Notes: generated by a model from the sequence alone, not told the origin. Shown: positions 9,442 to 19,908, counted from the first letter of the stretch. The stretch: DNA of 40,000 bases from Escherichia coli (GCF_037269235.1 NZ_CP147535.1); one strand, 5' to 3'. Translations and numbers: made by a program.

Positions 9442-9465
9442 GCGGTCCTGGATTAAAAGGACCGC
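9442..9465 (+). terminator. GC-rich hairpin after ygeQ (gcggtcct-N8-aggaccgc), possible terminator or RNA-stabilising stem
   Basis: A perfect 8-bp GC-rich stem 14 nt after the ygeQ stop, in otherwise AT-rich DNA. No U-tract follows, so the terminator call is weak. Confidence 0.3.
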
Positions 9466-9494
9466 TCAAAGAGAAATCGAAAGGGGAGGTAAAA

Positions 9495-9674
9495 GTGATC
9501 AATAAATTACTGTTAGCTTACCTGATAGGTCTGGTTGTGACATCGACCTTAATATTTATCTTCTCGGAAGAAAAAGTAACATATCGGTTGTTTGCTGCAG
9601 CAATTACAGGGTTGACCTGGCCGCTTAGCCTCATTCCATCCATCATAAGTCTCATGATTCGTAAATCCGACTAG
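9495..9674 (+). CDS. unannotated 59-aa small membrane protein (two hydrophobic segments)
   Basis: Below the ORF-track size cutoff. GTG start 5 nt after a strong SD (aaggggagg). Translation is MINKLLLAYLIGLVVTSTLIFIFSEEKVTYRLFAAAITGLTWPLSLIPSIISLMIRKSD. Locally higher G+C than its surroundings. Confidence 0.4.
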   Translation: MINKLLLAYLIGLVVTSTLIFIFSEEKVTYRLFAAAITGLTWPLSLIPSIISLMIRKSD

Positions 9675-10019
9675 CAAGAAAATTATATGATCGATTAAGA
9701 AAAATAGAATCGAACAAGAGAATAAAATATATGCGGGGAGTAACAAAACACTCGCAGTGCGTTAATGAAGAACTAACAAATATGATTTGTATTGAAAATA
9801 GTTATCAAACAAGTGTTATAAGAAATACGGGGTATGTTTAAGTAAAACATATCAACAGTTGCAATTCTGTATATGGACAGGATGACTTACTACTGTAAGT
9901 AGTTGATAGCTATTCGCTCATAACAAAATCATTATTTTATAAATAGGAATCATCACTTTTTAATCATGTTTTTATAGCAAGTTTATGGAGAATGAGAATA
10001 TGGAATAAGGAGATGAAAC

Positions 10020-10769
10020 ATGATTGAAGAAGGGCTGTTACTTCCAATGAATGTTTTGCTTCAAGGACAGAAGTTAACCCTACTGGACCCTGAAATGTGG
10101 TTCTTACGGGGAAATGAAAACAAGGATGTAACCCTTGTTATTACGATCGGTAATAACCATCAAAAATTAATGGTAGTGGAAGATATATTACTGCTCATTG
10201 ACCGAAGCCAAATTGAGGTAACTGCAGGGAAAGTAATTTATCATCCACTTCGCATTGATATCCTGAGTAAATTATTAGCTTTTATAGATGAATCAACGGG
10301 GAGTGTGGAAAGGGAGCACCATGAGTTGTTTGCTGATGCCTTGCCCTTTGCATCAGAAGTTGTGCTATTCAGTAAAGTTGCAAGTGAAGCCTGGTTTTTA
10401 GCCACTTATCTGAGCAGCGATAATATTAATGAAATTCTGTTTCAGCATCTAAGAAAAACAGAATGCTATAAACTGGTTCGCTATTTATTATCGCAATCGC
10501 TCATACAGACTTCACTCTATGATCTTGGTGAGCTTTACGGCGTATCGTATTCACATTTTCGCCGTTTATGTAGTTATGCATTGGGTGGTAAAGTTAAAAC
10601 GGAATTATGTGGCTGGAGAGTTGCCAGAGCCGTGTTGGAAATCATTGAAGGAAACAGTGATATGACAACTATTGCGCATAAATATGGCTACTCATCCTCA
10701 TCACACTTTTCAGCCGAAGTAAAAAGCCGGTTAGGAAAAACACCGAGAGAACTATGTAAAAAGTTATGA
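10020..10769 (+). CDS. eivF: AraC-family T3SS transcriptional activator (InvF homologue)
   Basis: 249 aa. C-terminal AraC double HTH (YGVSYSHFRRLCSYALG...IAHKYGYSSSSHFSAEVKSRLGKTPRE). SD aaggag lies 7 nt upstream. It is the first gene of the inv-like operon, with an ATGA overlap with eivG. Confidence 0.88.
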   Translation: MIEEGLLLPMNVLLQGQKLTLLDPEMWFLRGNENKDVTLVITIGNNHQKLMVVEDILLLIDRSQIEVTAGKVIYHPLRIDILSKLLAFIDESTGSVEREHHELFADALPFASEVVLFSKVASEAWFLATYLSSDNINEILFQHLRKTECYKLVRYLLSQSLIQTSLYDLGELYGVSYSHFRRLCSYALGGKVKTELCGWRVARAVLEIIEGNSDMTTIAHKYGYSSSSHFSAEVKSRLGKTPRELCKKL

Positions 10770-12469
10770 AAATAAAATTACGTATTACTATTATATTAAT
10801 TTCAGCCTTATGCATTTTTAATGGATTATTGACTCCTGGTGCATATGCCGCAACAGCGAATGGATACGTAGCAAATAAAGAAAATCTACGTAGTTTTTTT
10901 GAAACGGTTTCATCATATGCGGGTAAGCCTACAATAGTAAGTAAGCTTGCCATGAAGAAACAGATCAGCGGAAATTTTGATTTAACCGAACCCTATGCCT
11001 TGATTGAACGCCTGTCGGCGCAGATGGGACTTATTTGGTACGATGATGGCAAAGCTATTTATATCTATGACTCATCAGAGATGCGTAATGCGCTGATTAA
11101 TCTGAGAAAGGTATCGACGAATGAATTTAATAATTTCTTAAAAAAATCGGGTCTGTATAACTCTCGTTATGAAATTAAAGGGGGCGGCAATGGTACTTTC
11201 TATGTTTCAGGGCCACCGGTGTATGTTGACCTGGTCGTTAATGCTGCAAAATTGATGGAGCAAAACAGCGATGGCATTGAGATCGGTCGCAATAAAGTAG
11301 GAATAATTCATCTGGTCAACACATTCGTTAATGACCGGACTTATGAGTTACGTGGCGAAAAGATAGTTATTCCGGGCATGGCAAAAGTACTATCGACATT
11401 GTTAAATAATAACATTAAACAAAGCACAGGAGTGAACGTACTTTCCGAAATTTCAAGTCGTCAACAACTAAAAAACGTATCACGTATGCCTCCTTTTCCT
11501 GGTGCTGAAGAAGATGATGACCTACAAGTAGAGAAAATAATATCGACAGCTGGAGCGCCTGAGACTGACAATATACAAATTATTGCATATCCTGATACCA
11601 ACAGTTTACTTGTTAAAGGAACAGTATCTCAGGTTGATTTTATCGAGAAGTTAGTAGCTACGCTCGATATTCCAAAGCGTCACATTGAATTATCTTTATG
11701 GATAATAGATATTGATAAGACTGATCTAGAACAGTTAGGAGCTGACTGGTCGGGCACGATAAAAATTGGATCCAGCTTAAGTGCATCATTTAATAATTCA
11801 GGTTCAATTAGTACCCTGGATGGGACACAGTTTATTGCAACAATACAGGCACTTGCGCAAAAAAGAAGAGCCGCCGTTGTTGCTCGTCCAGTCGTTTTAA
11901 CACAAGAGAATATTCCTGCTATATTTGATAATAACCGCACTTTCTATACTAAATTAGTCGGCGAACGTACTGCGGAATTGGATGAAGTAACCTATGGTAC
12001 GATGATTAGCGTGCTACCACGATTTGCTGCGCGAAATCAAATTGAATTACTCCTGAATATTGAAGATGGCAATGAAATCAATTCCGACAAAACCAATGTT
12101 GATGATCTGCCTCAGGTTGGTAGAACGCTTATAAGTACTATTGCACGCGTACCCCAAGGGAAAAGTCTTTTGATTGGGGGATATACACGAGATACGAATA
12201 CCTATGAAAGTCGCAAGATCCCAATATTAGGCAGTATTCCATTTATTGGTAAATTATTTGGATATGAAGGAACAAATGCGAATAACATCGTTCGTGTCTT
12301 TCTTATTGAGCCAAGAGAGATCGATGAGCGCATGATGAATAATGCGAATGAGGCTGCGGTTGACGCCAGAGCAATAACACAGCAAATGGCAAAAAATAAA
12401 GAAATCAACGATGAATTACTGCAGAAATGGATAAAAACTTACCTGAATCGTGAAGTCGTCGGAGGATAG
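10766..12469 (+). CDS. eivG: T3SS outer-membrane secretin (SctC, InvG homologue)
   Basis: 567 aa. Signal peptide, then a secretin C-domain with KIPILGSIPFIGKLF and LLIGGYTRD motifs. Synteny is invF-invG-invE-invA. Confidence 0.93.
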   Translation: MKIKLRITIILISALCIFNGLLTPGAYAATANGYVANKENLRSFFETVSSYAGKPTIVSKLAMKKQISGNFDLTEPYALIERLSAQMGLIWYDDGKAIYIYDSSEMRNALINLRKVSTNEFNNFLKKSGLYNSRYEIKGGGNGTFYVSGPPVYVDLVVNAAKLMEQNSDGIEIGRNKVGIIHLVNTFVNDRTYELRGEKIVIPGMAKVLSTLLNNNIKQSTGVNVLSEISSRQQLKNVSRMPPFPGAEEDDDLQVEKIISTAGAPETDNIQIIAYPDTNSLLVKGTVSQVDFIEKLVATLDIPKRHIELSLWIIDIDKTDLEQLGADWSGTIKIGSSLSASFNNSGSISTLDGTQFIATIQALAQKRRAAVVARPVVLTQENIPAIFDNNRTFYTKLVGERTAELDEVTYGTMISVLPRFAARNQIELLLNIEDGNEINSDKTNVDDLPQVGRTLISTIARVPQGKSLLIGGYTRDTNTYESRKIPILGSIPFIGKLFGYEGTNANNIVRVFLIEPREIDERMMNNANEAAVDARAITQQMAKNKEINDELLQKWIKTYLNREVVGG

Positions 12470-12473
12470 TGAA

Positions 12474-13619
12474 ATGGCGATTCATGTAGAGCATGTCGGT
12501 GTATTAGAAAGAGCCAGAGAAGTTTCTCGCTTAGAGGACATTATCACAGAAGATAATGAAGATATTGAAGCTGAAATGCCTAAAATGGGGGATGATCCCG
12601 CCGGTAAAGAAGCTCGATTCTTACAAGCTACTGACGAGATGTCAGCAGCGTTAACGCAGTTTATGAAGAAAAAAATCTACGAAGAACAACTGGCCAACTT
12701 TCTGGACGGAGAAGAATATGTCCTGGAAGATCAGCCAATAGAAAAAACCGATAAAGTCATGGAGGCGCTTAAGGCAGCAACTACCCATGACTATGAAGTG
12801 TATAGCTTTGCTAAAAAATTATTTCCAGATGAAAGCGATCTGGTGGTTGTATTACGTGCAATTTTACGTAAAAAACAAATATCTGAAAATGTGCGGCTAA
12901 ACGCTGAAGCATTACTTAGAAAAGTTAATCAAGAGACTACTAAAAAATTCATTAATAGCGGTATTAACTCGGCATTAAAAGCAAAGTTATTTGGCCAGGC
13001 GTTGTCATTAAATCCAAAATTACTAAGGGCAAGTTATCGACAATTTTTAATGGCAGAAGACGATGCTGTAGATACTTATGTAGAATGGATTGGTAGTTAT
13101 GGCTATCAAAATAGAATGCTAGTGACAAAATTTATCAAAGAGACGCTTTTCTCAGATATAAATGCACTTGATGCGAGTTGTTCATCATTGGAATTTGGTA
13201 TGTTTCTCAATAAGTTGTCACAACTATTGTCTCTTCAGTCGGCAGAGGCTTTATTTCTGAAAACTTTAATGAATAACCCAATAATTAAAAAATTTATTAG
13301 CGCAGAAGATTACTGGATATTTTTTCTGATATCGTTAATAAAATTTCCTGAGACTGCAGAGGAACTCCTGAAAAATGCACTGGTAACCCTACCCGCAGAT
13401 GCTAATTATAAAGACAAAACGTTACTCCTGAAGGCGATTTACAGCGGATGTACAAATCTTCCATTTTCACTTTTTATTAATAATGAACAATTATTAGAGA
13501 TTAGGGAGTGTTGTAAACAGGCAATAAAAGTAACATTTGCAGTAGAGCTCTTTGATACACAAAATAGTAATAAAAAACAAAATAAAAAACCATGGAAGAA
13601 GGTAATGTTCAATGTTTAA
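12474..13619 (+). CDS. eivE: T3SS gatekeeper (SctW, InvE homologue)
   Basis: The ORF track starts at GTG 12450. I prefer ATG 12474 (MAIHVEH), with ggagga 7 nt upstream. About 381 aa, at the InvE position between secretin and export gate. The acidic N-terminus is typical of the family. Confidence 0.8.
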   Translation: MAIHVEHVGVLERAREVSRLEDIITEDNEDIEAEMPKMGDDPAGKEARFLQATDEMSAALTQFMKKKIYEEQLANFLDGEEYVLEDQPIEKTDKVMEALKAATTHDYEVYSFAKKLFPDESDLVVVLRAILRKKQISENVRLNAEALLRKVNQETTKKFINSGINSALKAKLFGQALSLNPKLLRASYRQFLMAEDDAVDTYVEWIGSYGYQNRMLVTKFIKETLFSDINALDASCSSLEFGMFLNKLSQLLSLQSAEALFLKTLMNNPIIKKFISAEDYWIFFLISLIKFPETAEELLKNALVTLPADANYKDKTLLLKAIYSGCTNLPFSLFINNEQLLEIRECCKQAIKVTFAVELFDTQNSNKKQNKKPWKKVMFNV

Positions 13620-15672
13620 CAAAGTTTTGATAGGGTTAAGGAGTCATCCAGAATTAATAATTCTTGGATTAATGGTGATGATTATCGCCATGCTCATAAT
13701 TCCATTGCCCACCTACTTAATCGATTTTTTGATTGGGCTGAACTTAACATTGGCAATACTTGTATTTTTAGGATCATTCTATGTTGATAGGATCTTAAGT
13801 TTTTCTTCATTCCCATCAATTCTTCTCATCACAACGTTATTTCGTTTGGCGCTGGCGATCAGTACCAGCCGACTTATACTTCTTGAGGCGGACGCCGGAG
13901 AAATTATAACGAGTTTTGGTGAATTCGTTATTGGCGATAGCCTGGTAGTTGGTTTTGTTATTTTCTCCATTGTTACTATTGTTCAGTTTATCGTGATTAC
14001 TAAAGGTTCGGAACGTGTGGCTGAAGTTGCTGCCCGCTTTTCGCTTGACGGTATGCCAGGTAAACAAATGAGTATTGACGCCGATCTACGCGCCGGGATC
14101 ATTGATGCAGATTTAGCAAAAGAACGTCGTAGCGTATTAGAACGAGAGAGTCAGCTGTATGGTTCCTTTGATGGTGCGATGAAATTTATCAAAGGTGATG
14201 CTATTGCAAACATTATTATTATCTTTGTTAATATTATCGGTGGGCTATCAGTAGGAGTAGGCCAAAATGGAATGGATTTCTCGACAGCGTTGACCGTCTA
14301 CACAATTCTTACCGTCGGTGATGGTCTTGTTTCTCAAATTCCAGCTTTATTAATTGCTATTAGCGCAGGGTTTATCGTAACGCGCGTGAATGGCGATAGT
14401 GATAATATGGGGCAAAATATAATGTCCCAGTTATTAAGTAATTCTTTTGTCATTATTGTGACATGTGTCCTCGCGCTAAGCATTGGGTTGCTTCCAGGTT
14501 TTCCCCTTCTTGTGTTTTTATGTTTGGCAGTAATCTTAGGAATTTATTTTTACTTTAAATTCAAAAAAAAAGGGGCTGAAGAAACGGTTGTTGAGGGAGA
14601 TATCACCGTTGGGTTGGAACCCTATAATCAGGATGATGATATTTCATTAGGTATTATTAATAAACTTGATCAGGTTATTACCGAAACGGTGCCCTTGGTT
14701 TTGATTATGAATAGTGTACAGGCTAAAAAATACACTGAAATCAATCTTGCTGATAGGATTCGTAGTCAGTTTTTTATTGAGTATGGTATCCGTATTCCCG
14801 GTATTGTCATTCGCGAGGGGGAAGGCCTTAATGATGAAGATGTCATATTAATGCTAAATGAAGTCAGAGCCTCGCAATTTAAAATTTATCATGATCTCGT
14901 CTTGTTGGTTGAATATTCAGATGAAGTGGTTTCGACTTTGATCAAGAAACCTGTCATCGTAAATAGTAATGGTGAACAATATTATTGGGTTACAAAAAGT
15001 GATGCCCAAAAATTAACAAAAATTGGCTGTTATACTCGCACGGCCATGGATGAAATGTACAATCATTTATCTGTATGTCTGGCGCATAATATTAATGAGT
15101 ATTTTGGTATACAAGAAACCAAATATATTCTTGATCAATTAGAGATGAAGTATCCTGATCTATTAAAAGAAATATTAAGATATATAACCGTGCAGCGCAT
15201 TTCAGAGGTAATTCAGCGTCTGATCCAGGAGCGAATTTCAGTGCGCAATATGCGTTTAGTTATGGAGGCTTTAGCATTATGGAGCCCACGAGAGAAAGAT
15301 ATAATTACACTCGTCGAGCATGTACGAGGTGCATTAGGTCGCTACATTTGCCATAAGTTTTCATATTCTGGAGAAATTAAAGCAATTGTGATTTCGCCTG
15401 AAATAGAGGACAGAATCAGAGATGGTGTCAGGCCTACCGCTGGCGGTACTTTTCTTAATCTCGATGCATCCGAAGCTGAGATGATTCTGGATAATTTTAA
15501 ACTGGCTCTTTCTGGAATCAATATTCCTATTAAAGACATTATTTTACTGGGATCTGTGGATATTCGTCGTTTTATCAAAAAACTTATTGAATCTAGTTAT
15601 CGAGACCTCGAAGTACTTTCGTACGGGGAACTAACGGAAAATGTTCCCGTTAATATTCTGAAAACTATTTAG
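13612..15672 (+). CDS. eivA: T3SS export-gate major subunit (SctV, InvA homologue)
   Basis: 686 aa. Near-colinear with Salmonella InvA as I remember it ([93 protein letters not shown]). Confidence 0.96.
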   Translation: MFNKVLIGLRSHPELIILGLMVMIIAMLIIPLPTYLIDFLIGLNLTLAILVFLGSFYVDRILSFSSFPSILLITTLFRLALAISTSRLILLEADAGEIITSFGEFVIGDSLVVGFVIFSIVTIVQFIVITKGSERVAEVAARFSLDGMPGKQMSIDADLRAGIIDADLAKERRSVLERESQLYGSFDGAMKFIKGDAIANIIIIFVNIIGGLSVGVGQNGMDFSTALTVYTILTVGDGLVSQIPALLIAISAGFIVTRVNGDSDNMGQNIMSQLLSNSFVIIVTCVLALSIGLLPGFPLLVFLCLAVILGIYFYFKFKKKGAEETVVEGDITVGLEPYNQDDDISLGIINKLDQVITETVPLVLIMNSVQAKKYTEINLADRIRSQFFIEYGIRIPGIVIREGEGLNDEDVILMLNEVRASQFKIYHDLVLLVEYSDEVVSTLIKKPVIVNSNGEQYYWVTKSDAQKLTKIGCYTRTAMDEMYNHLSVCLAHNINEYFGIQETKYILDQLEMKYPDLLKEILRYITVQRISEVIQRLIQERISVRNMRLVMEALALWSPREKDIITLVEHVRGALGRYICHKFSYSGEIKAIVISPEIEDRIRDGVRPTAGGTFLNLDASEAEMILDNFKLALSGINIPIKDIILLGSVDIRRFIKKLIESSYRDLEVLSYGELTENVPVNILKTI

Positions 15673-15703
15673 GATAATGTCTTGCGATATGGAGCATGCT
15701 GGT

Positions 15704-16996
15704 ATGAAAAAATTAAAACTATTAAATAAATACAGCTACTTACATAGCATAAACGGCTCGCTGATTGAAGCAGAGCTTGACGACGTTTCAGTGGGCGAAG
15801 TATGCGAAATTTATGCGAGCTGGCAAGCAAATGAACGTATAGCCAGGGCTCAGGTCGTTGGCTTTCGCAATGGAAAGACATTATTAAACCTTATAGGCAG
15901 CTCTGTGGGGCTTACACGTACTGCAGTTTTGAAACCAACGGGAGAGCAGTTAACCATACAGATCAGTGATGCCTTTCTTGGTTCAGTTTTGAATGCTTCT
16001 GGTCAAATTATGGAAAGGTTTGTCCCGGACACTCCAGGCGAAAGGGGAAATTTACGCCTGATTGATGAACTGCCACCGTCGTATCAGGAACGTCGAGTTA
16101 TTAATACACCACTAGAGACACGGATAAGAGTCATTGATGGCGTACTGACATGTGGCATTGGTCAACGTGTTGGGATTTTCGCATCGGCTGGCTGTGGCAA
16201 AACGGTTTTAATGCATATGCTTGTAAACAACACTGAAGCTGATGTGTTTGTTATTGGCTTGATTGGCGAACGTGGAAGGGAAGTTACGGAATGCGCGGAA
16301 TCGCTGAAAAAATCAGTAAATGCAGCAAAATGTGTTTTGGTTTATGCCACCTCTGATTTTTCGTCAGTAGATCGGTGTAATGCCGCCCTGATGGCGACAA
16401 CCGTGGCAGAGTATTTTAGAGATCGAGGAAAGAGAGTTGTACTTTTTATCGACTCAATGACGCGGTATGCACGAGCACTACGTGATATGAAACTGGCAGC
16501 GGGTGAACCACCTGCCAGACGTGGTTATCCTGCTTCTGTTTTTGACAGTTTGCCTCGCTTACTGGAGAGGCCGGGACCAACACTAAAAGGAAGTATTACT
16601 GCCTTTTATACCGTATTACTGGAGGGGGAGGATGAATCAGACCCACTGGGGGATGAAATTCGCTCAATCCTTGATGGCCATATCTATCTAAGTCGCAAAC
16701 TCGCTGGGCAAGGTCATTATCCGGCAATAGATGTTCTAAAAAGTGTGAGTCGAGTATTTGGTCAGGTCACTGATGAAAAACACAGAGATAATGCTGCACG
16801 GGTAAGGAAGATCCTCACAACTTTGGAAGATCTACAGGTGTTTATTGATTTAGGGGAATATCGAGCTGGGCAAAATGCTGAAAATGATTTTGCTATGAAT
16901 GCACGGCCTAAACTCACAAATTGGTTGAAACAGTCAGTTAATGAAAAAATGCCAATGAGTGAAACGCTAAAAGAGCTTGAACGAATTGTTAAGTAA
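15704..16996 (+). CDS. eivC: T3SS ATPase (SctN, InvC/SpaL homologue)
   Basis: Walker A is ASAGCGKT and Walker B is [12 protein letters not shown]. The ORF track opens at 15677. ATG 15704 (MKKLKLL) aligns with the InvC N-terminus and has GGAG 9 nt upstream, giving 430 aa. Confidence 0.93.
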   Translation: MKKLKLLNKYSYLHSINGSLIEAELDDVSVGEVCEIYASWQANERIARAQVVGFRNGKTLLNLIGSSVGLTRTAVLKPTGEQLTIQISDAFLGSVLNASGQIMERFVPDTPGERGNLRLIDELPPSYQERRVINTPLETRIRVIDGVLTCGIGQRVGIFASAGCGKTVLMHMLVNNTEADVFVIGLIGERGREVTECAESLKKSVNAAKCVLVYATSDFSSVDRCNAALMATTVAEYFRDRGKRVVLFIDSMTRYARALRDMKLAAGEPPARRGYPASVFDSLPRLLERPGPTLKGSITAFYTVLLEGEDESDPLGDEIRSILDGHIYLSRKLAGQGHYPAIDVLKSVSRVFGQVTDEKHRDNAARVRKILTTLEDLQVFIDLGEYRAGQNAENDFAMNARPKLTNWLKQSVNEKMPMSETLKELERIVK

Positions 16997-17444
16997 AGTT
17001 AATCGACTTATAAGAAGAACAGCGCAGAGCCTGGCTGCATGTGAAGCATCATTACAAAAGTTAAATGCAGAAAAAGAAAAGTTAGCCGAAAAGGAACGCC
17101 TGTATGATATGCAACTTAAAAACCTGCAGTCACTGTTAGATATGAAAGAGTTACTCGGCGAAGTTGTATTTCGACAGGATATATTTTACTCGTTACGTAA
17201 AGTTGCAGTCATTCAGCAGCAGATCGCTGAGATAAATCTTGAAAAGCAAAAAATAGCAGAGCGGCGAAAAATACTTAACAAGGAAATAGTTCAACAGCAA
17301 GCACAAAGAAAACACTGGTGGCTAAAAGGAGAAAAGTACGATCGACTAAAGAAGCGCATCAAAAAACAACTTTTAAATCAGATGCTTTATCAAGATGAGC
17401 TTGAACAGGAGGAAAAATATAATGGACGAAGTCAAGAAAATTGA
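16977..17444 (+). CDS. eivI: T3SS stalk protein (SctO, InvI/SpaM homologue)
   Basis: 155-aa coiled-coil-rich protein ([18 protein letters not shown]...) directly after the ATPase gene, as in SPI-1. TTG start overlaps the eivC end. The start codon is uncertain. Confidence 0.7.
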   Translation: MNELLSKVNRLIRRTAQSLAACEASLQKLNAEKEKLAEKERLYDMQLKNLQSLLDMKELLGEVVFRQDIFYSLRKVAVIQQQIAEINLEKQKIAERRKILNKEIVQQQAQRKHWWLKGEKYDRLKKRIKKQLLNQMLYQDELEQEEKYNGRSQEN

Positions 17445-18297
17445 ACATTATAAAAATTTAAACACAGACACATCCGAGAATTCTGCTGCGGATTTAGACA
17501 GTTTCTTAAAGAAAAACAAAAAAAATAAAGAAATGAGTGAGATTGTTGCTGGATCCATTCTCCAGTTATTACGTCAGGCTCAGGATAGCCAATTCCCTAC
17601 GTTTGGGAAAAAGAATGGGCAAATGAAGTCTATTGATAACAAATCGTCTCTCCAGGTTGACAGGAATTCATCTTTTTCTTTGCAAACAAATGGAATAGAG
17701 CAACTTTCTACAAAGAAAGTCCTCAATATGACTTCACGATATCAGGGTGTTAATTCTGAACTATCTGATAAAGCGATACAATTTAAGGGGGAAATCCATA
17801 ATGGTATCCATACAGAAAACATCACGGTTCAAAACCACAGTAATAATAAAGAGCGTGAAAAAAAATATCGCGATGGAGACAAAAAAAATGGAGAGCAGGC
17901 CCATTTATTAGATATTACTAACGAAAGAAGGTTTGCTGATAACAAAATCATGTTTACTCAACATATCGAAAAGCAAAGGAATGTTCATACGCTCAATCAG
18001 AATGATATAAATAATTCTGTTAATAGTGCTAATGTACCCGAAAATGAATTGACATATCAGTTTCAGCGTTGGGGACAGAATCATACAGTTCGGATTCTGG
18101 AAAGTAGTGAAGGGATACGACTAAAACCATCAGACACGATTGTCTCCGACAGACTCCATGAAGCCCAACACAATGATGTTACAGCACAACGTTGGGTATT
18201 GACTGAGCAAGATGAACGACAAGGGCAACGACATCAGCCTCATGATGAGCAAGAAAATGAAGGTAAATTCGAAAACGATCAGAAGGACGAAAGTTAA
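17422..18297 (+). CDS. eivJ: T3SS needle-length regulator / substrate-switch protein (SctP, InvJ/SpaN homologue)
   Basis: The ORF track opens at 17395. ATG 17422 (MDEVKK) follows aggagg by 9 nt. It is a low-complexity polar protein of 291 aa in the invJ position. The family is poorly conserved, so the call rests mostly on synteny. Confidence 0.7.
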   Translation: MDEVKKIEHYKNLNTDTSENSAADLDSFLKKNKKNKEMSEIVAGSILQLLRQAQDSQFPTFGKKNGQMKSIDNKSSLQVDRNSSFSLQTNGIEQLSTKKVLNMTSRYQGVNSELSDKAIQFKGEIHNGIHTENITVQNHSNNKEREKKYRDGDKKNGEQAHLLDITNERRFADNKIMFTQHIEKQRNVHTLNQNDINNSVNSANVPENELTYQFQRWGQNHTVRILESSEGIRLKPSDTIVSDRLHEAQHNDVTAQRWVLTEQDERQGQRHQPHDEQENEGKFENDQKDES

Positions 18298-19244
18298 TGT
18301 TCGGTCTGAGAAAAGTAAATGGAAACACTCATTCCTTTGAAACCACTTTTCTAAACTGGAAAGAAAAGGGTGAAGATGTTGCGTTATTAATGCCCGAATT
18401 TAGCGCCAAATGGCTACCGATAGCAGAAGAGAGCGGCAGCTGGTCTGGATGGGTGTTACTTCGAGAGTTATTTCCCTTAATTTCTGCCGAGCTCGCTGGG
18501 ATGGCTTTAATGCCAGAAACGGAAAGGTTAATAGTGGAATGGCTCAGTTTATCTAGTACCCCGTTAAATCTAAAGTATCCTGAACTAAAATATAATCGTT
18601 TGTGTGTCGGTAAAGTATTTGATGGAGTATTGAGTCCAGCTCAACCACTAATAAGAATATGGACAGGGGAATTAAATGTTTGGTTAGATAAAGTCACGGT
18701 CTGCCAATACGAAAACGCTCCAACACTAGACAAAAAAACATTATATTGGCCCATTCATTTTGTAATTGGATTTAGTAAATCATGTTATAGAACCATTGTT
18801 GATATTGAAGTTGGTGATGTTTTATTAATTTCAGATAATTTTGCTTATGCGGTTATTTATAATACAAAGATTTGTGATCTGATTTATCCAGAGGAGTTAA
18901 AAATGGCTGATCATTTTGAGTACGAGGAAGATTTTGAAACAGATGACTTTGATATCAAAAAAAGCGAAATCGAGATTAATGATGAAAATGACTATCAGCA
19001 GATTAATAGTTTTGAAGACTTGCCTGTAAAAATTGAGTTTGTTCTTGGAAAGAAAATAATGAATCTATATGAAATAGACGATCTCTGTGCAAAAAGAATT
19101 ATACCTTTGCTTCCTGAAGCTGAGAAAAATATAGAGATACGTGTAAATGGCGCGCTAACTGGCTATGGCGAACTTGTTGAAGTGGATGATAAATTGGGCG
19201 TAGAAATTCATTCTTGGTTATCAGGGAATAATAATGTCAAATAG
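18297..19244 (+). CDS. epaO: T3SS sorting-platform / C-ring protein (SctQ, SpaO homologue)
   Basis: 315 aa. C-terminal SPOA/FliN-like region (VKIEFVLGKKIMNLYEIDDL...IEIRVNGALTGYGELVEVDDKLGVEI). TAATG overlap with eivJ. Confidence 0.88.
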   Translation: MFGLRKVNGNTHSFETTFLNWKEKGEDVALLMPEFSAKWLPIAEESGSWSGWVLLRELFPLISAELAGMALMPETERLIVEWLSLSSTPLNLKYPELKYNRLCVGKVFDGVLSPAQPLIRIWTGELNVWLDKVTVCQYENAPTLDKKTLYWPIHFVIGFSKSCYRTIVDIEVGDVLLISDNFAYAVIYNTKICDLIYPEELKMADHFEYEEDFETDDFDIKKSEIEINDENDYQQINSFEDLPVKIEFVLGKKIMNLYEIDDLCAKRIIPLLPEAEKNIEIRVNGALTGYGELVEVDDKLGVEIHSWLSGNNNVK

Positions 19245-19899
19245 CATTTCGCTGATAGCGATATTATCATTATTTACACTATTACCGTTTATAATAGCAT
19301 CCGGGACATGTTTTATTAAATTCTCGATTGTTTTTGTTATTGTACGAAACGCTTTGGGACTTCAGCAAGTGCCATCAAATATGACTCTTAATGGGGTGGC
19401 TTTGCTATTGTCAATGTTCGTAATGATGCCGGTTGGGAAGGAAATATATAATAACAGTCAGAATGAGAATCTTTCATTCAATAATGTAGCGTCGGTTGTT
19501 AATTTTGTTGAGACAGGCATGAGTGGTTATAAATCATATTTGATAAAATATTCTGAACCGGAGTTGGTTAGCTTTTTTGAAAAGATTCAGAAGGTGAATA
19601 GTTCTGAAGACAATGAAGAGATAATCGATGATGATAATATTTCAATTTTCTCGTTACTCCCGGCATATGCGTTGAGTGAGATAAAAAGTGCATTTATTAT
19701 AGGTTTCTATATCTATTTACCCTTTGTTGTAGTGGATCTGGTTATATCCAGCGTTCTGTTAACGTTAGGTATGATGATGATGAGTCCGGTAACCATATCT
19801 ACACCGATAAAATTAATTCTGTTTGTCGCGATGGACGGTTGGACAATGTTATCGAAAGGACTCATTTTACAATATTTTGATCTATCCATTAATCCCTGA
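19234..19899 (+). CDS. epaP: T3SS export apparatus protein (SctR, SpaP/FliP family)
   Basis: 221 aa, polytopic. FliP-family motifs (FVIVRNALGLQQVPSN, LPAYALSEIKSAF, MMMSPVTISTPIKL). Overlaps the epaO end. Confidence 0.93.
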   Translation: MSNSISLIAILSLFTLLPFIIASGTCFIKFSIVFVIVRNALGLQQVPSNMTLNGVALLLSMFVMMPVGKEIYNNSQNENLSFNNVASVVNFVETGMSGYKSYLIKYSEPELVSFFEKIQKVNSSEDNEEIIDDDNISIFSLLPAYALSEIKSAFIIGFYIYLPFVVVDLVISSVLLTLGMMMMSPVTISTPIKLILFVAMDGWTMLSKGLILQYFDLSINP

Positions 19900-19908
19900 G
19901 GAAAAAAT

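Noticed and set aside
9549-9746. 65-aa minus-strand ORF between ygeQ and eivF
   Set aside because: It is antisense to the 59-codon plus-strand ORF, which has a much stronger SD and start. I saw no ribosome-binding site for the minus ORF. Only one of the two is likely real, and I favour the plus strand without certainty.
10669-10953. 94-aa minus-strand ORF across the eivF/eivG junction
   Set aside because: It is antisense to two translationally coupled genes with clear homology and looks like a spurious AT-rich frame.
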